This document shows positions 60,065 through 64,000 of a DNA stretch of 64,000 nt, in pieces (within the stretch, counting starts at the first letter, position 1; every line of letters begins with the position of its first letter). The position numbers were made by a program, and so were the translations under genes. The notes beneath the pieces were generated by a model that was given only the letters and a program-made list of their open reading frames with translations, searched no databases and was not told where the DNA came from. Source of the DNA: Candidatus Eiseniibacteriota bacterium (GTDB lineage Bacteria > Eisenbacteria > RBG-16-71-46); NCBI GenBank assembly GCA_963725865.1, contig CAVSAC010000014.1:608001-672000 (forward strand), given 5' to 3'.

Positions 60065-62701
60065 TCACATGGTGAAGTAGCGCGTCGCCTTCACGAGGAA
60101 GATGTTGCTCGCTTTCGAGTCGAGCAGACGGTCGAACGAGCGGCGGATCCGGAAGTCCGAGAGCAGCTGGTCGTCGGTGCGCTCCTGGGTCCACACCAGG
60201 AACAGCGTCGAGCCCGGCAGGTATTCCCAGCGCAACACCGCGTTCCCGCGCAGCGACTTGAAGTCGAAGTCGGGATCGTCGAACGAGAACGGCGCCCCGA
60301 CCAGCGGCGTGACGTCCACCGTCCCGTCGCTGCGCACCGCGGACGCGCCGTAGTGCACGAAGTCGAAGGTGCGCGGTGCCGCCAGCTCCTTGAAGTCCCC
60401 GTAGCGTCCGCTCGACACCAGCGGCTGCGCGAACAGCTGCAGCGTGAGCCGCGGCGAGAACGCGCAGTTGAGCCGGATGTTCGCGAGCAGCGTGCGCTGG
60501 TCGAGCGTGCCGAACAGGTAGCGATGGCCGTACGTCGAGGTGACCGCCGGATCGTCGACGCCGCCGTCGACGTACTGCGCGCGCTCGTGCGTGCGCTCGT
60601 AGCCGGGGCCCATGCTGAGCATGATGTTGGAGGCCGGCTTCCACTCCACGTAGGGATACACGTTCCAGTAGTACGAGCCCGCCGCGTCGCTGTTGGCGTT
60701 GGTCTCGACCTCGTAGCCCATCGCGTTCTTGAAGTTGGTCTGGAAGCGGCCGTAGTACTCCTCGCCCGCCGGCATCTTCATCATCGGGCCGCCGCGCGTG
60801 CGCCGGTCGTCGAGCCCCTCGAAGATGTGATCCAGGTTGATCTGGGTCTCCCAGTTGTTGATCCAGGTCGTGCGCGTGCTGCCCCACAGCCCGGTGACCG
60901 TGCGGTCGCCGTCGGTGTTCCAGCTCGAGAACAGCGTCGCCATGACGTTCGTGTACTTGCGCACGTGGTTGGTCTTCGTCCACTGGTAGCCGGTGCCGAA
61001 GTGGGTGTTGATGAGCCCGCTGCGGCTCATGAAGCCCATGTCGTTGACGTCGAAGTGAGGGTCCAGATAGCCGGCGGCACAGTTCAGCAGCACGCTGCCG
61101 TTCTGCTTGTTGATCCAGTAGCGGCTGACCATTCCGGTGAGCGAGGTGGCGTTCGGGTCGAGGCGGAAGTGCCTGCGATCGGGACGCTGCAGGTAGTGAC
61201 GCGAGGACTCCTGCAGGTCCCGGATGCGTGCCTGCGAGCCGTCGACGCGACTGACCGCGGTGTAGCCGGAAACCACGTACTTCTTCGCCCGGTCGAGGAA
61301 CGCCCAGCCGTCGACGCCCGACATCAGCGACGAGCGGTTGAGGTCGTCGCCCAGCCCGTTGTGGGAGAAGTCGCGCTCGACCGCCGTGGTCATGAAACCC
61401 AACCCCAGGCGGCGGTCCTTGAATTCCTTCAATGCGTGGGTCGCCCCGTAGTAGGTGAGCGGCTCGGCTTCGGCGTCCCAGCGGGTCAGGCCGTCCTGGT
61501 AGTGCGCGGTCTCGCGCCCGGTGAGCGCGTGCAGCATGCCGAAATTGGTGGTCGGCGTGAGCTTGCCCGTCAGCTTCGCCGCTCCCAGGATGCGGGTGCC
61601 GACCGGGGTATCGACGAAGTCGGCGTCGCCCACCACCTGCGGCGCGCGGCCGATGCGGCGGCTGTAGAAGAACGTCGGCTCCGGCCAGTTGAAGCCCCAG
61701 TAGTCGTTCGCTCCCTCGTTGCCGAAGCGGAAGTTCTGGGCGCCCTCGACGAAGAACGGACGCTTCTCGTCGAAGTACGACTCGACATCGGACAGGTTCA
61801 CCACCGCCGGGTCGACCTCGACCTGGCCGAAGTCGGGATTCACGGTCGCATTGAGCGTCAGCCGGCTGCCGAGACTCGTGCGAACGTCGACGCCGCCGTC
61901 GGGCTCGTACTCGGGGTCGCTGCGGAACGGATCGCCCGCGTCGTGGCGCAGGTACTGGCCCTTGGTGGTGACGTAGGGCAGCAGCTCGACCGCGCGCCCG
62001 GGGCGGATGCCGTCGAGGCCCACGAGGTCCGGGAAGCGGGAGACGAAACCGCCCCCGTCCCGAGGCATGTAGACCACGTAGTCGCTCTCGTTGCGCCGCG
62101 CGATCACGCGCTTGAAGTTCACGCCCCACACCTGGTGATCGTTCCGGTTGAAGCGGAACTGCGAGAACGGAATCCGCATCTCGCAGGTCCAGCCCTGATC
62201 GTCGACGTGCGCGGCGCCGCTCCAGACGCCGTCCCAGTTCAGGTCGTCCCAGCTGTCGTTCATGAGCGTGCCGTCGAACTGCACGCCGGCGGCGTTGAGC
62301 ATGAAGTAGTAGCCGCTGCGCCGATCGTGGAACGGGTCGAGGTAGAAGTTGAGCCGGTCCGCGTCCACCGAGACGTCCCGGCGCGTGAGCCGTGCGAGGA
62401 TCGAGTCGGGGTGCTCGTCCCACATGCGCGCGCCGACGTACAGCGCGTCGTCGTCGTAGGCGATCCGCACCTCGGTGCGCTCGGTCGGCCGGGCCCCTTC
62501 GACCGGCTCGCTCTGAACGAGCTCGGTGAACGGCGGCGAGTCCCGCCACACGGCTTCGTCGAGCAGGCCGTCGATCGTGACGGGCGCGGCGAGCCGCACC
62601 GCCTGGATCTGCAGGCGAGCCGGCGGGGGGGCGGCGACGGGCTGAGCGGAGGCGAGGCCCGCGGTCATGGCCAGCGCGAGGACCAGAAGCGTCGTCTTCA
62701 T
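60065..62701 (-). CDS. CBM9-like / DUF5916 outer-membrane protein
   Basis: Signal peptide; IDGLLDEAVW, YDDDALYVG, EMRIPFSQ.RF, NPDFGQVEVD, EKRPFFVEG, FYSRRIG, VLRWEYLPGSTLFLVW. Confidence 0.88.
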   Translation of the reverse strand: MKTTLLVLALAMTAGLASAQPVAAPPPARLQIQAVRLAAPVTIDGLLDEAVWRDSPPFTELVQSEPVEGARPTERTEVRIAYDDDALYVGARMWDEHPDSILARLTRRDVSVDADRLNFYLDPFHDRRSGYYFMLNAAGVQFDGTLMNDSWDDLNWDGVWSGAAHVDDQGWTCEMRIPFSQFRFNRNDHQVWGVNFKRVIARRNESDYVVYMPRDGGGFVSRFPDLVGLDGIRPGRAVELLPYVTTKGQYLRHDAGDPFRSDPEYEPDGGVDVRTSLGSRLTLNATVNPDFGQVEVDPAVVNLSDVESYFDEKRPFFVEGAQNFRFGNEGANDYWGFNWPEPTFFYSRRIGRAPQVVGDADFVDTPVGTRILGAAKLTGKLTPTTNFGMLHALTGRETAHYQDGLTRWDAEAEPLTYYGATHALKEFKDRRLGLGFMTTAVERDFSHNGLGDDLNRSSLMSGVDGWAFLDRAKKYVVSGYTAVSRVDGSQARIRDLQESSRHYLQRPDRRHFRLDPNATSLTGMVSRYWINKQNGSVLLNCAAGYLDPHFDVNDMGFMSRSGLINTHFGTGYQWTKTNHVRKYTNVMATLFSSWNTDGDRTVTGLWGSTRTTWINNWETQINLDHIFEGLDDRRTRGGPMMKMPAGEEYYGRFQTNFKNAMGYEVETNANSDAAGSYYWNVYPYVEWKPASNIMLSMGPGYERTHERAQYVDGGVDDPAVTSTYGHRYLFGTLDQRTLLANIRLNCAFSPRLTLQLFAQPLVSSGRYGDFKELAAPRTFDFVHYGASAVRSDGTVDVTPLVGAPFSFDDPDFDFKSLRGNAVLRWEYLPGSTLFLVWTQERTDDQLLSDFRIRRSFDRLLDSKASNIFLVKATRYFTM

Positions 62702-62743
62702 GGGGCGAGCCCTCGAGTCGGGGATTCGGTGTCCGCGTGTTTC

Positions 62744-62770
62744 GACGGAGGGAAGGCTCGGAAAGTTGCA
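62744..62770 (-). promoter_or_regulatory. Candidate ECF-sigma promoter
   Basis: Minus strand TGCAAC-N17-CGTC, 42 bp upstream of the DUF5916 gene start. Confidence 0.45.
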
Positions 62771-63059
62771 CTCGGCCGGCAATCGCCTGCGGCCCCCTCG
62801 GAGTGGCGACCCGAACGTCACAGCGGCGCCCGGATCGGGGGTACGAGTCCGCTCCGGAGCGCCGCGAGGTTCCCGGATGCCTGTGGATCCCGGTCGATCA
62901 GGACCACCCAGCACCATCGGGCACGGGCGGACTATGGGGGCCCGAGCAGAGCGGACGCCAGCGACCCGCGACCAGCGGCGGGCTTCCGCAGACCAGCGAT
63001 GCGGATGCCGGGGTGAGCGCGGGCAGTTGCCCGAGCGGCCGCCCCGCGCCCCGGCGCGC

Positions 63060-63974
63060 TCAGCCCGCGCGCGCCAGCTCGGCGGCCAGCCGGGCCGCCA
63101 CGCGGGCGTTGTGCACCAGCAGCGCGCGATTCGAGAACACGCTCGCGCCCTCGGTCAGCTCGCGCAGGCGCTCGAGCAGGAATGGGGTCACCGCGCGCCC
63201 GCGCACACCGCGGAGCGAGGCGTCGGTGAGCGCGGCCGTGAGCGCCTTCTCGTAGACCTCGCGCGGCATCTCGGCCTCGGCGGGCACCGGATTCGCCACC
63301 ACCACTCCGGTGGTGAACCCGAGCTCCCAGTGCATGCGGACCGCGTCCGCCAGCTCGCCGAGCGTGGCGAACCCACGGTCCAGCGGCACGCCGCTGTCGC
63401 GCCGGTAGAACGCCGGGAAGCGCTCGGTGTCCACGCCGTACACCGGCACCCCGAGCGTCTCGAGGTATTCGACCGTCTTCGGAAGGTCGAGGATCGCTTT
63501 GGCACCCGCGCACACCACCGCCACCCGATGGCGCGCGAGCGCCGTGAGGTCGGCCGACACATCGCCGCTCTCGGACACCTCGCGATGCACGCCGCCGATC
63601 CCGCCGGTCGCGAACACCACGATCCCCGCGTGCGCGGCGGCGAACAGCGTGGCCGCCACCGTGGTGGAGCCCGCCCCGCTGCGCGTCAGCTCGGCGGCGA
63701 AGTTGCTCGGGTTCAGCTTCGCGACGCCGGGCGCGGTCGCGAGGCGCGCCAGCTCGGCGGGCGTCATCCCGATCCGCACCGCGCCCTCGAGCACGCCGAT
63801 GGTGGCGGGGACCGCGCCCTGCGCGACCACCTCGCGCTCCAGCTCCGCCGCCATCTCGAGCCCCGCCGGGTGCGGCAGCCCGTGGGTGACCAGCGTGGTC
63901 TCGAGCGCCACCACCGGACGATGCGCGGCCAGCGCCTGCGCCACCGCGGGCGCGATCACGAAGCGTTCGTTCAT
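63060..63974 (-). CDS. psuG: Pseudouridine-5'-phosphate glycosidase
   Basis: PVVALETT..HGLP.P, VPATI, STTVAAT, FATGGIGGVHR, DVSADL, GAKAILD, VTPFLL. Confidence 0.95.
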   Translation of the reverse strand: MNERFVIAPAVAQALAAHRPVVALETTLVTHGLPHPAGLEMAAELEREVVAQGAVPATIGVLEGAVRIGMTPAELARLATAPGVAKLNPSNFAAELTRSGAGSTTVAATLFAAAHAGIVVFATGGIGGVHREVSESGDVSADLTALARHRVAVVCAGAKAILDLPKTVEYLETLGVPVYGVDTERFPAFYRRDSGVPLDRGFATLGELADAVRMHWELGFTTGVVVANPVPAEAEMPREVYEKALTAALTDASLRGVRGRAVTPFLLERLRELTEGASVFSNRALLVHNARVAARLAAELARAG

Positions 63975-64000
63975 GCGGTCCTCGGCGCGGGCGCGCGGGC

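Noticed and set aside
62771..63059. tRNA or other ncRNA in the intergenic gap
   Set aside because: No cloverleaf, T-loop or known RNA motif is recognisable on either strand

Overview
A very GC-rich (roughly 70-75% by eye), gene-dense stretch of bacterial chromosome from a diderm organism. The protein style (C-terminal FlgD-Ig-type sorting domain, futalosine pathway, DUF222-like HNH) suggests Ca. Eisenbacteria or a related FCB/Gemmatimonadota-like lineage; this is inference only. No rRNA, tRNA, CRISPR array or transposase was seen. Two systems stand out. (1) 18.7-31.9 kb holds a putative extracellular electron transfer locus with a sigma54-type promoter. In order it encodes an NHL beta-propeller, an OmcS-like hexaheme cytochrome (one frameshift), a 9-10 heme cytochrome, an outer-membrane beta-barrel, two CsgG/GNA1162-like lipoproteins, a small exported protein and a 42-heme cytochrome, and it is divergent from a ccmF. 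(2) 38.2-47.0 kb holds a divergent pair of operons encoding an Omp85-like barrel, an exported atypical kinase-fold protein, a lipoprotein metallophosphoesterase, two TLC/NTT nucleotide transporters (one fused to HEAT repeats) and a degenerate cNMP-binding protein. This is a candidate extracytoplasmic phosphorylation or nucleotide-signalling system. The rest is housekeeping or accessory: hflX, scattered mqnA/C/D/E, an mhqR/O/D-like cluster, glgB-treZ, M13/M24/M48 peptidases, recQ, psuG, a Ser/Thr kinase with TPRs and an HNH gene. Clustered single-base frameshifts near 27.76 kb and 55.9-57.9 kb are probably assembly errors. All family calls come from motif recognition by eye, not database searches.
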